The position numbers and the translations under genes were made by a program. Of a DNA stretch of 24,000 nt, positions 17,659 through 24,000 are shown piece after piece; the stretch's first letter is position 1, and each line of letters opens with the position of its first letter. Below the pieces are notes generated by a model that made no database searches, had not been told where the DNA came from, and saw nothing but the letters and a program-made list of their open reading frames with translations. The stretch covers positions 1 through 24,000 of the forward strand of contig NZ_JWIB01000018.1 in the NCBI RefSeq assembly GCF_000813425.1, written 5' to 3'. The DNA comes from Sporosarcina sp. ZBG7A (GTDB taxonomy: Bacteria > Bacillota > Bacilli > Bacillales_A > Planococcaceae).

Positions 17659-17961
17659 CTAAATCATCTTCAACAATGCTTGTTCTCCGGTCATTCCTGC
17701 CGTAATACCCCATTCTTCCGCTTCAAGCGTCACTGATTCCAGCGGTGCCGCAAGTAACTCGTCAATTGTTTTCACACCAGTGGCGCGCCCCGCTACAATA
17801 CGGCGATCTGACAGCAACCTGTTCAACAATCCAACGTCAAGTGCGCCACACATGATATACCCGTTCTCGTTTGAAACTGTCAGCAAAGTAGTTTTCGGAA
17901 GCGAAACGGAGACAGCTGTAAAACTATGCCCTTCAATTTGTACAGAAGTAACGGTTACCAA
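17659..17961 (-). CDS. yunC: DUF1805 protein (YunC-like), 100 aa
   Basis: TTG at 17961 sits 4 nt after GGGGAGGA; the track start at 17979 lacks a properly spaced SD. The blocks GYIMCGALDV and IVAGRATGVKTIDELL...APLESVT are typical of YunC. Confidence 0.8.
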   Translation of the reverse strand: MVTVTSVQIEGHSFTAVSVSLPKTTLLTVSNENGYIMCGALDVGLLNRLLSDRRIVAGRATGVKTIDELLAAPLESVTLEAEEWGITAGMTGEQALLKMI

Positions 17962-18060
17962 CCCATCCTCCCCTTTCACTCTATAAGTATGGCGTCCACC
18001 TTCAAGCGGTGACTAAAAGCATCCATTACTACACATACTTTTTAAAAAGGAGGTTTGCAA

Positions 18061-18213
18061 ATGGCGAAACGCAATATAGATGGTGAAAAGAAGTCAAAAC
18101 CCCCTACGTTACCGGGACGTGAAGAATTCTCAGCTGATTATTCTACATACGGTGAAAAACGTGAGGCACTAAAAGAACTTTATAGAAAGTCTGAGCGGGG
18201 TAAGAGCAAGTAA
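18061..18213 (+). CDS. Small basic hydrophilic protein (50 aa), not in the ORF track
   Basis: AAAAAGGAGG, a 7-nt spacer, then ATG at 18061. It translates to MAKRNIDGEKKSKPPTLPGREEFSADYSTYGEKREALKELYRKSERGKSK. The stop is immediately followed by a hairpin. Confidence 0.55.
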   Translation: MAKRNIDGEKKSKPPTLPGREEFSADYSTYGEKREALKELYRKSERGKSK

Positions 18214-18246
18214 AAAAACACCCTGCTGTGCTTCATAGCAGGGTGT
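18212..18246. terminator. Terminator hairpin shared by the convergent small ORF and the YitT-family gene
   Basis: ACACCCTGCT...AGCAGGGTGT forms a 10-bp stem. The T-run is present only for the minus-strand transcript. Confidence 0.7.
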
Positions 18247-18253
18247 TCCAACC

Positions 18254-19111
18254 TTATGTGATCGACTGACCTTCGCGACGGAAGAAACCAAAAATGCCTA
18301 CAGTCTGAACGATATTTGCAAAAGCATGTGGATCGACTTCATTAATTATTTTTTCCAAATCGTACAGTTCATATCGTGTTATGACTAAGTACATCATATT
18401 CTTTTCTTCTTTCGTATATCCACCTTTAGCAGGCAAGATTGTAATTCCTCTCACCATCTGATTATGAATGGCCTCCTGTAGCTCGTCTGCTTTACGAGTT
18501 ACAATCATGGCTGTCACTTTCTCATGACGCGTATGGATCGCATCAATTACTGCAGTGGATACATAAAGGGCGACCATCGTATATAGCGCATTTTCCGGTT
18601 CGTATAAAAATCCAGCTGCCACAATAATGATCCCGTTCAGTAATAAGAAATAGGTTCCAATCGGCTTATCTTGTAAACGGGACAATACCATTGCAACGAT
18701 ATCCATTCCTCCTGTAGAAGCTCCCAGTTTCAGGGAAATCCCGACGCCAACCCCTCCGATAACTCCGCCAAATACAGCATTGAGGATAATATCATCAGAT
18801 AACGACATTACAGGAAGAACCCCCATAAAAATCGTTGTAAATATTACAGAAACGATACTGTAAATGGTAAAACCTTTCCCTACTTTAAACCATCCCAGTA
18901 TGAAAACCGGAACGTTCAATACTAAGAGGAGCACCCCTGTAGAGACAGTTATTCCTGCAAAATCAGAAAGAACACTTGAGAGTAGTTGGGCAATCCCTGC
19001 AAAACCACTTGCGTAAACGTTCGCGTTAATCAGAAATAAGTTCAATGATACCGCTAATAATAACGCACCTAAAATAACGGTAACGATTCGTTTAGCTTCA
19101 ATAAAAAACAT
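18254..19111 (-). CDS. YitT/UPF0750-family membrane protein with C-terminal DUF2179 domain (285 aa)
   Basis: ATG at 19111 follows AAAGGAGA. It has five to six TM helices and then a soluble C-terminal domain (VTAMIVTRKADE...ITILPAKGGYT...MMYLVITRYEL). Confidence 0.85.
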   Translation of the reverse strand: MFFIEAKRIVTVILGALLLAVSLNLFLINANVYASGFAGIAQLLSSVLSDFAGITVSTGVLLLVLNVPVFILGWFKVGKGFTIYSIVSVIFTTIFMGVLPVMSLSDDIILNAVFGGVIGGVGVGISLKLGASTGGMDIVAMVLSRLQDKPIGTYFLLLNGIIIVAAGFLYEPENALYTMVALYVSTAVIDAIHTRHEKVTAMIVTRKADELQEAIHNQMVRGITILPAKGGYTKEEKNMMYLVITRYELYDLEKIINEVDPHAFANIVQTVGIFGFFRREGQSIT

Positions 19112-19139
19112 CACACATCTCCTTTCAACTATAGCCATA

Positions 19140-19245
19140 ATTTTTTTTAGTGAATTAGAGAAACAAAAAAAGTCCTGTCAGACGGAGAAGACAAGGACAA
19201 TCCGTCACACCTTTACTATAAAGGTGAGTCAACCATCTATTCAAA
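19140..19245 (-). promoter_or_regulatory. Structured 5' leader with an intrinsic-terminator-like hairpin (unclassified attenuator or riboswitch candidate)
   Basis: Downstream of the predicted promoter the minus-strand transcript has a perfect 8-bp hairpin CACCTTTAtagTAAAGGTG (19208-19226). It then has GTCCTtGTC...GACAGGAC (19172-19198) followed by TTTTTTT, about 50 nt before the SD. Confidence 0.35.
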
Positions 19246-19249
19246 TGCT

Positions 19250-19278
19250 ATTATAACTAGCATACCCTCTCTATGCAA
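19250..19278 (-). promoter_or_regulatory. Sigma-A-type promoter for the YitT-family gene
   Basis: Minus strand has TTGCAT, a 17-nt spacer, then TATAAT. Confidence 0.55.
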
Positions 19279-19452
19279 TCACAATCCATACTTTCGACAG
19301 GTAGTTAACTATTGCAAAAAATCGAGTTACGTCGTATGCTTCATTAGTTAGAGACTAATAAATGATTTGAGAAAACATTTCTTGTAGAGATGCGTCCTAC
19401 TTATCAAGCAACAAACCGCATATTTGCGGAACCAACTACAGGTGGTGGCACT

Positions 19453-20442
19453 ATGAACCGTTCTGAACGCAGAACTCGTAAAAAAAAGAAAAAAATCTGG
19501 GTGATTCTACTCCTATTATTCCTCCTTATCGGTGGTGCGGCCTATTTTTTGATTGATCAGTTTAAAGCTGGACAATCCCTCGCAGGCGAAAAACCTAATA
19601 AAGGTGAAGAAGATATATTTAACGCTCCTGAACCACAATATGGGGAGATCAATATTTTACTATTAGGATCAGATGCTCGTCCAAATGACGATGAAGGACG
19701 TTCTGATTCACTGATGATTGGACACTATAATCAGGACACGAAAGAATTGAAAACAGTCTCCGTCATGCGTGATATTTACGTCGATATCCCCGGGCACGGT
19801 AAACATAAAATGAATGCAGCTTACTCATTGGGTGGCCCAGAGCTTGTTCGTCAAACGATCAAAGAGAACTTAGGGATAGACATTCATTATTATGCAGAAG
19901 TCAATTTCGATGGTTTCCCTAAGATGGTCGATGTTATTGCTCCCGATGGAATTGAAGTCGATATCCCCTATAAAATGTCTCACGGCATTAACATGACGCT
20001 AGAACCCGGCGTTCAACGTCTTAACGGGAATGAATTGTTAGGTTATGTACGATTCCGGCATGATAGCAAAAGTGATTTCGGTCGTGTGGATCGACAGCAA
20101 GAAGCTCTAGCCAAGTTAAAAACCGAAGCTTCAAGTCTACACAGTATACTAAGTCTTCCTAAGTTACTTGGAATGGCCGACAGTTACGTACACACAAACC
20201 TAGATAAGAAAACTATGATTTCAATCGGCAAAGGGTTGTTGAGCAACAAAGAATCTGGGATAGAATCCATGCGTTTGCCAATTGACGGGTCTTATGAAGA
20301 TCAACGGATTCCAGGTGTCGGTGCAGTCCTAGCTATAGACTTTGATGAAAACACGCAAGCACTCAAAGACTTTTTATCAGCTGATTCTGGTGCTTCCGTT
20401 ACATCTGACAAGCCTGTAGAGGTCAAAACAGATAGTGAATAA
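19453..20442 (+). CDS. LytR-CpsA-Psr (LCP) family cell-wall polymer phosphotransferase (329 aa)
   Basis: ATG at 19453 follows GGTGGTGG. It has a basic N-terminus and one TM helix, then INILLLGSDAR...RSDSLMIGHYN and LGYVRFRHDSKSDFGRVDRQQ, which are LCP hallmarks. Confidence 0.9.
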   Translation: MNRSERRTRKKKKKIWVILLLLFLLIGGAAYFLIDQFKAGQSLAGEKPNKGEEDIFNAPEPQYGEINILLLGSDARPNDDEGRSDSLMIGHYNQDTKELKTVSVMRDIYVDIPGHGKHKMNAAYSLGGPELVRQTIKENLGIDIHYYAEVNFDGFPKMVDVIAPDGIEVDIPYKMSHGINMTLEPGVQRLNGNELLGYVRFRHDSKSDFGRVDRQQEALAKLKTEASSLHSILSLPKLLGMADSYVHTNLDKKTMISIGKGLLSNKESGIESMRLPIDGSYEDQRIPGVGAVLAIDFDENTQALKDFLSADSGASVTSDKPVEVKTDSE

Positions 20443-20455
20443 GCTAATATATTGT

Positions 20456-20493
20456 AAAAGACGTTCAGCCACATTCGGCTGAACGTCTTTTTA
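20456..20493. terminator. Bidirectional terminator between the LCP gene and the cupin gene
   Basis: AAAAGACGTTCAGCC...GGCTGAACGTCTTTTT. The hairpin abuts the cupin stop codon. Confidence 0.85.
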
Positions 20494-20976
20494 TGGTGTC
20501 ATCTTTTTAATAATCTCTGTATGTTGAGGAAACTGTTCTATCAACTCTTTTTCCGTGAACAATTTGAAATCCTCAAAATCAAATCCAGGCGATACCATAC
20601 ATCCCACGAGTGCATAGTCTCCACTTTCAATCATAGAAGAACCAAATACAGCCCCCGCAGGAACGAGGATTTGCGGTTGTTCTCCTTTTTCTAGGTCCAA
20701 TCCTAGTTTCACTGATGAATACTCTCCATCAGTTGAAATCATATGGACGGTTAAAGCATTTCCATCGTGATAATACCAAAGTTCGTCTGACTGGAGCTGA
20801 TGAAAATGAGAAATTTCCCCATCCGCTAACATGAAGTAAATACTTGTATAAAGCGGTCTGGTTCCCGTAGGTGTTTCAATTTTGCTTCCAGCTGCAAAAG
20901 AGCTAGCGAAGCTGCCACCTTCCGGATGGGTTTCTAACTTCAACTGTTTTGTCCAATACGCTGCATTACGTTTCAT
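20491..20976 (-). CDS. Cupin-superfamily protein, DUF985-like (161 aa)
   Basis: ATG follows AAGAGGAGGA, which lies inside the 3' end of the upstream gene (11-nt overlap). The blocks L.L..HPEGG.F, TSIYFML...SHFH.L.SDE.W.YH and GC.V.PGF.FEDF are DUF985-type. Confidence 0.85.
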   Translation of the reverse strand: MKRNAAYWTKQLKLETHPEGGSFASSFAAGSKIETPTGTRPLYTSIYFMLADGEISHFHQLQSDELWYYHDGNALTVHMISTDGEYSSVKLGLDLEKGEQPQILVPAGAVFGSSMIESGDYALVGCMVSPGFDFEDFKLFTEKELIEQFPQHTEIIKKMTP

Positions 20977-21745
20977 GTATGTTTTCCTCCTCTTTAGTTA
21001 AGTAACGGTCACGCCAACTTGAACGCTCATTGGTATGCACAAGTTGTTCCAACGTTTCATCCCACTGTTCTGTAAACGTATTCCAAATTCTCGCATATAA
21101 GGCATCCTGATTTGTATTGTAGATGTGAAATTCGAAACAAGGTATTTGAAACTGCTCGATTTTTTCAACTTTCAATACTTGTTCCACGACTCGTTGTCGT
21201 TCCATAGTATTGTCCTGTTCTACTAATGCAGCAAGCTCCGACTGCAAGGAATCAGTAGAAATGTCACTTGTAGCCCATTTACTTGGATCCTTTTCATATC
21301 GGAAGGGATCAAGATTTTCTTGAAGAGGTTGAGATTTCTCTACATCCAGGAATTCGTTGTGAAGTGGACTTACTACAAGTACCGACTCTTCCGCTTCCGT
21401 TTCATGAAGGAGCATTCCGGTAGTCAATTGGGAAACTCCTAATTCTGTAATTGACCAGATGCCTTTATTCACTACAAGTCCTGCACCTTTCATAATGGAA
21501 AGAAGATCTTCAACAAATAATAATTCAACACCTAACAATTGGGCAAGTTCATCTGGACGTTCTATGCTAAGTTGTTGCACAGACATCAACATCATTTTCA
21601 TCAAAACATCCATTTTGGTTTTCGTTACGGTAGTGTAAGAAACAAGCACTTTGTGTGCTGTGAATCCCCACGATTGGTCAGCTAGGACTTTACAATCCAA
21701 TGATTGTTGCAATTCTTTTTGCAGTCGTTTTTTCAACTCTTCCAA
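20966..21745 (-). CDS. Uncharacterised acidic protein (259 aa) with a wHTH-like central segment
   Basis: TTG start is preceded by GGGAGGGG. I recognise no family. ELAQLLGVELLFVEDLLSIMKGAGLVVNKGIWSITELG looks like helix-turn-helix plus wing. It is tightly packed between the helicase and the cupin. Confidence 0.7.
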   Translation of the reverse strand: MEELKKRLQKELQQSLDCKVLADQSWGFTAHKVLVSYTTVTKTKMDVLMKMMLMSVQQLSIERPDELAQLLGVELLFVEDLLSIMKGAGLVVNKGIWSITELGVSQLTTGMLLHETEAEESVLVVSPLHNEFLDVEKSQPLQENLDPFRYEKDPSKWATSDISTDSLQSELAALVEQDNTMERQRVVEQVLKVEKIEQFQIPCFEFHIYNTNQDALYARIWNTFTEQWDETLEQLVHTNERSSWRDRYLTKEEENIHET

Positions 21746-21766
21746 TTTGAGTTTCCCCTCCCGTCG

Positions 21767-24000
21767 TTAGGTAACGGATTCAGTAATGGATCGGATACCA
21801 CCTTGCCTGCTGATTTCGTCGTAAAGATGTTGGTACATATCACGAGTCATTTTCGATTTAGGTTTGTTGATGAACATGTCAGAACTCCCGACAATCATCA
21901 GCAGTTCTTTCGCTCGAGAGAGTGCGACATTGAGACGTCTATAGTCCTTCGCAAAACCAATCTCACCACTCGCCTCCCCATGATTCCGAACAAAACTAAC
22001 AATGATGATGTCCATTTCCATCCCTTGGAATTTATCGACGGAACCAGTTCGGAACGTCAAATGCTCTGTCTGTAGTTCCTCTTGAATAAGCTGATTGATG
22101 CGTTTAACTTGCTCCCCGTAGAAGCTGATTACGCCAACTTGTTTCTTCGAATTTACTGGAATTTTGCCTTCTTCAATCGCTGTTGCCGTAGCCTGATCCA
22201 AGTCTTTTATCATGTCACGAATGGCTGACAGTTCACTTTCATTGTAGCGGCTTGTACCACCTTTTGGCTTCGCTTCATAGTAATCAGGCGAATTAGGTTG
22301 ATCAATCCAAAGTAGATGATCTTCAGGTCCAATAATATCTGTTTTAAGATGATGTGCTCGTGCCGCATCAGAATCAGGAAGGCCGCAAAGGAGCTCATAG
22401 CCGTTTTCATTGTAGAACGGCGTGATCGACTTCATGATGCGTTCGTGCATTCTGTATTGAATACCTAACATCGTCTTATTTTGCTTCGGCAACGTTCTGA
22501 ACAACCGTTCAAATAGAGATTCTTTCAAAAGACGCTCCATATCTTTTTTCTGTTCATCATCAGGCATTTCTTCTAAGAACTCTTCCATCGTTTCTTGTCC
22601 AACAAGTGGTGGGAGCTGATGATGATCACCTACGAGCACGATTTTTTTCCCTTTTAGCATCGGGAGTAACAATTCAGGTGGGGTTGCTTTTGAAACTTCG
22701 TCAATAATGACTAAATCGAATACCGGATATTCTTCTACAAATTCTTTACGAGCGGAAGCGACACACGTAGTGCCGATCACATTTGCGTGTTTGACATATA
22801 ATTTCCGGATTTCGTCCAAATCATAAGGGCTTGCTTCTGTAAGCATCTGATGCCACATTTTTTGAACAGATTGGATGGCTGGAACGTTCGCTAATTGCTT
22901 AGTAACCAACTCTAATTGTTGTTCCACTTCTTTTTCAGCTTGCGCATTCTCAGTCAAAAGTGGAGCTGGGTCATTTAATAAAGATTGTGTAAGCTTCCCT
23001 TCCTGCGTCTGCCTCTCACCAATAGTAACGTTGAGTTCATTCAGTTGCTCATATTGTTCAATTTCTAGGTTTGAGTATGATTGGAGGGCAGCTCGAATTG
23101 TCTCCCTTTGTTCAAGAGCTTTTTCAAGACCTTGCTTTGTTACTTCCAAGGATTTCTCTGCTTCCAGAGTGTCTTTTATAGTTTTGGATATAGCTTCATG
23201 TGAAATTTCAACCTCACTAAGAACCGTAGCTATCGCTTCAGGTGACGAAGTTTCATCACTCAGATATTGGACCTCTGACAGTTGCCCGTTTAACTGGTCA
23301 AAACGACCTTGCAGTTGCTTATGTTTAGCCGTTAATGTTGAAAGGTTCTCATTGAAGACTTCTGTTACTTTCTTTTTAATGTCTTCAAACAACGAAGTCG
23401 TGGATTGTGCTTCTATAAGAAACGCAGAAATGAAATTCTTGCGATCATGCAGTAACCCCACCGCTTTTGTTAAGTTTTCCAGACAATCATAGGATTCCAC
23501 TGAAAAGGACGTTGTGCTTAAAATCTTTTTCACATTGGGCTGAACTAAATAACGTCCAACCCGACTAACAGTTTCTTGGATTGACTGCAGAGAATGGCGA
23601 TTCCTGAATCCTTTTGGAATGCGTATACGATTATGAAATTGATGCTCTTCCAGGATTTTTGTTACGGTAGTAATTGCTTTATCAACTCGGGCAACCGTAT
23701 CAGACCACGCTGTAAAGCTCTCTTCTCCTCCCACTTCTTGAATTCGATCAATTTGACGTATCAGCTCGGTCATCTTGTGATCTAGTTGTGGAGGCGGAAC
23801 AAACTCAACTTCGTCCAAAAGATCTTTCAAATCGTTCAACTTTCCTACTGTCGTCATTTTAATAAGAGCTTTTTGATAAGATTCAATTCGTGCTAATGTA
23901 TGGTCAATTGAAGTCTGCAACTCATTTACTTGTGCAACCATTTCAGTTAACGATTGACTCGTTTTGAGTAAGTCAATTCGCTCTTTTAGTTGTTTGCGTT
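21767..24000 (-). CDS. Large SF1B (Upf1/DNA2-like, AAA_11/AAA_12-type) helicase with a long coiled-coil region; the 5' end lies outside the window
   Basis: The frame stays open to position 24000: codons upstream of the track Met read RKQLKERIDLLKTSQSLTE. Helicase motifs present are VIGTTCVASA (Ia), LVIIDEVS (II), VGDHHQLPP (III), QYRMHERI (IV), VDKFQGMEMDIIIVSFVRN (V) and RRLNVALSRAKELL (VI). No Walker A occurs in the visible 744 aa. About 370 aa upstream of motif Ia are heptad-like and Q/E/K/L-rich. Confidence 0.9.
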   Translation of the reverse strand, partial: RKQLKERIDLLKTSQSLTEMVAQVNELQTSIDHTLARIESYQKALIKMTTVGKLNDLKDLLDEVEFVPPPQLDHKMTELIRQIDRIQEVGGEESFTAWSDTVARVDKAITTVTKILEEHQFHNRIRIPKGFRNRHSLQSIQETVSRVGRYLVQPNVKKILSTTSFSVESYDCLENLTKAVGLLHDRKNFISAFLIEAQSTTSLFEDIKKKVTEVFNENLSTLTAKHKQLQGRFDQLNGQLSEVQYLSDETSSPEAIATVLSEVEISHEAISKTIKDTLEAEKSLEVTKQGLEKALEQRETIRAALQSYSNLEIEQYEQLNELNVTIGERQTQEGKLTQSLLNDPAPLLTENAQAEKEVEQQLELVTKQLANVPAIQSVQKMWHQMLTEASPYDLDEIRKLYVKHANVIGTTCVASARKEFVEEYPVFDLVIIDEVSKATPPELLLPMLKGKKIVLVGDHHQLPPLVGQETMEEFLEEMPDDEQKKDMERLLKESLFERLFRTLPKQNKTMLGIQYRMHERIMKSITPFYNENGYELLCGLPDSDAARAHHLKTDIIGPEDHLLWIDQPNSPDYYEAKPKGGTSRYNESELSAIRDMIKDLDQATATAIEEGKIPVNSKKQVGVISFYGEQVKRINQLIQEELQTEHLTFRTGSVDKFQGMEMDIIIVSFVRNHGEASGEIGFAKDYRRLNVALSRAKELLMIVGSSDMFINKPKSKMTRDMYQHLYDEISRQGGIRSITESVT

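Noticed and set aside
19140-19250. The leader upstream of the YitT-family gene considered as a guanidine-I (ykkC-yxkD), guanidine-II (mini-ykkC) or guanidine-III riboswitch.
   Set aside because: The conserved blocks I recall for guanidine-I (GGGUUCCG, GGUCCGAGAG, CCCGGGAG) are absent, as are the paired ACGR-tetraloop hairpins of mini-ykkC. The single ACGG is not in a hairpin loop. The region is kept only as an unclassified leader candidate.
22875-23492. A 205-aa plus-strand ORF, together with other plus-strand ORFs at 21704-22075, 23594-23785, 2444-3887, 11948-12217, 13063-13905, 14315-14503, 15900-16277, 16378-16566, 16795-16977 and 17780-17986.
   Set aside because: All are antisense to long minus-strand genes with clear family motifs. 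They lack SD sequences and have low-complexity Ser/Cys/Phe-rich composition typical of antisense frames. I treat them as spurious.
1-24000. A search by eye for CRISPR arrays, tRNA/rRNA genes, IS elements, transposases, integrases, toxin-antitoxin pairs and long tandem repeats.
   Set aside because: I saw no regularly spaced direct repeats, no tRNA-like cloverleaf candidates, and no ORF with DDE, tyrosine- or serine-recombinase motifs. Absence is by inspection only. tRNAscan-SE, ISfinder and CRISPR-detection tools should confirm it.

Overview
This is a chromosomal segment from a low-GC Gram-positive bacterium, judged to be Bacillales from a T-box leader, a glmS ribozyme, GGAGG-type ribosome-binding sites and B. 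subtilis-like gene content (yjlC-ndh, hmoB, yunC, yxcD, katX-like, YitT/UPF0750, LCP). Almost all genes are on the minus strand. Clearly housekeeping or stress genes are a T-box leader at the left edge, a 547-aa catalase, glmS with its ribozyme and own promoter, yjlC-ndh, a lipoprotein Cu/Zn SOD, hmoB, yunC, a YitT-family membrane protein and an LCP wall-polymer ligase. Two stretches look accessory. The first (about 240-2200) is AT-rich and ORF-poor, and carries a 267-aa Lnu(B)-like lincosamide nucleotidyltransferase with a possible leader-peptide/SD-sequestering attenuator. The second (about 3900-10700) is an AT-rich run of small lipoprotein and membrane genes, with a truncated cupin remnant and an isolated GC-rich intergenic repeat. 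The most system-like unexplained content is at the right edge (20491-24000). It is a tightly coupled three-gene operon: a very large coiled-coil SF1B (Upf1/DNA2-like) helicase whose 5' end is cut by the window, an uncharacterised 259-aa protein with a wHTH-like segment, and a DUF985 cupin. I cannot assign it to any known system from sequence alone, and I do not claim it is a defence system. I recognised no CRISPR array, tRNA/rRNA gene, transposase or integrase. All domain calls come from reading motifs and from recalled family knowledge; no searches were run.
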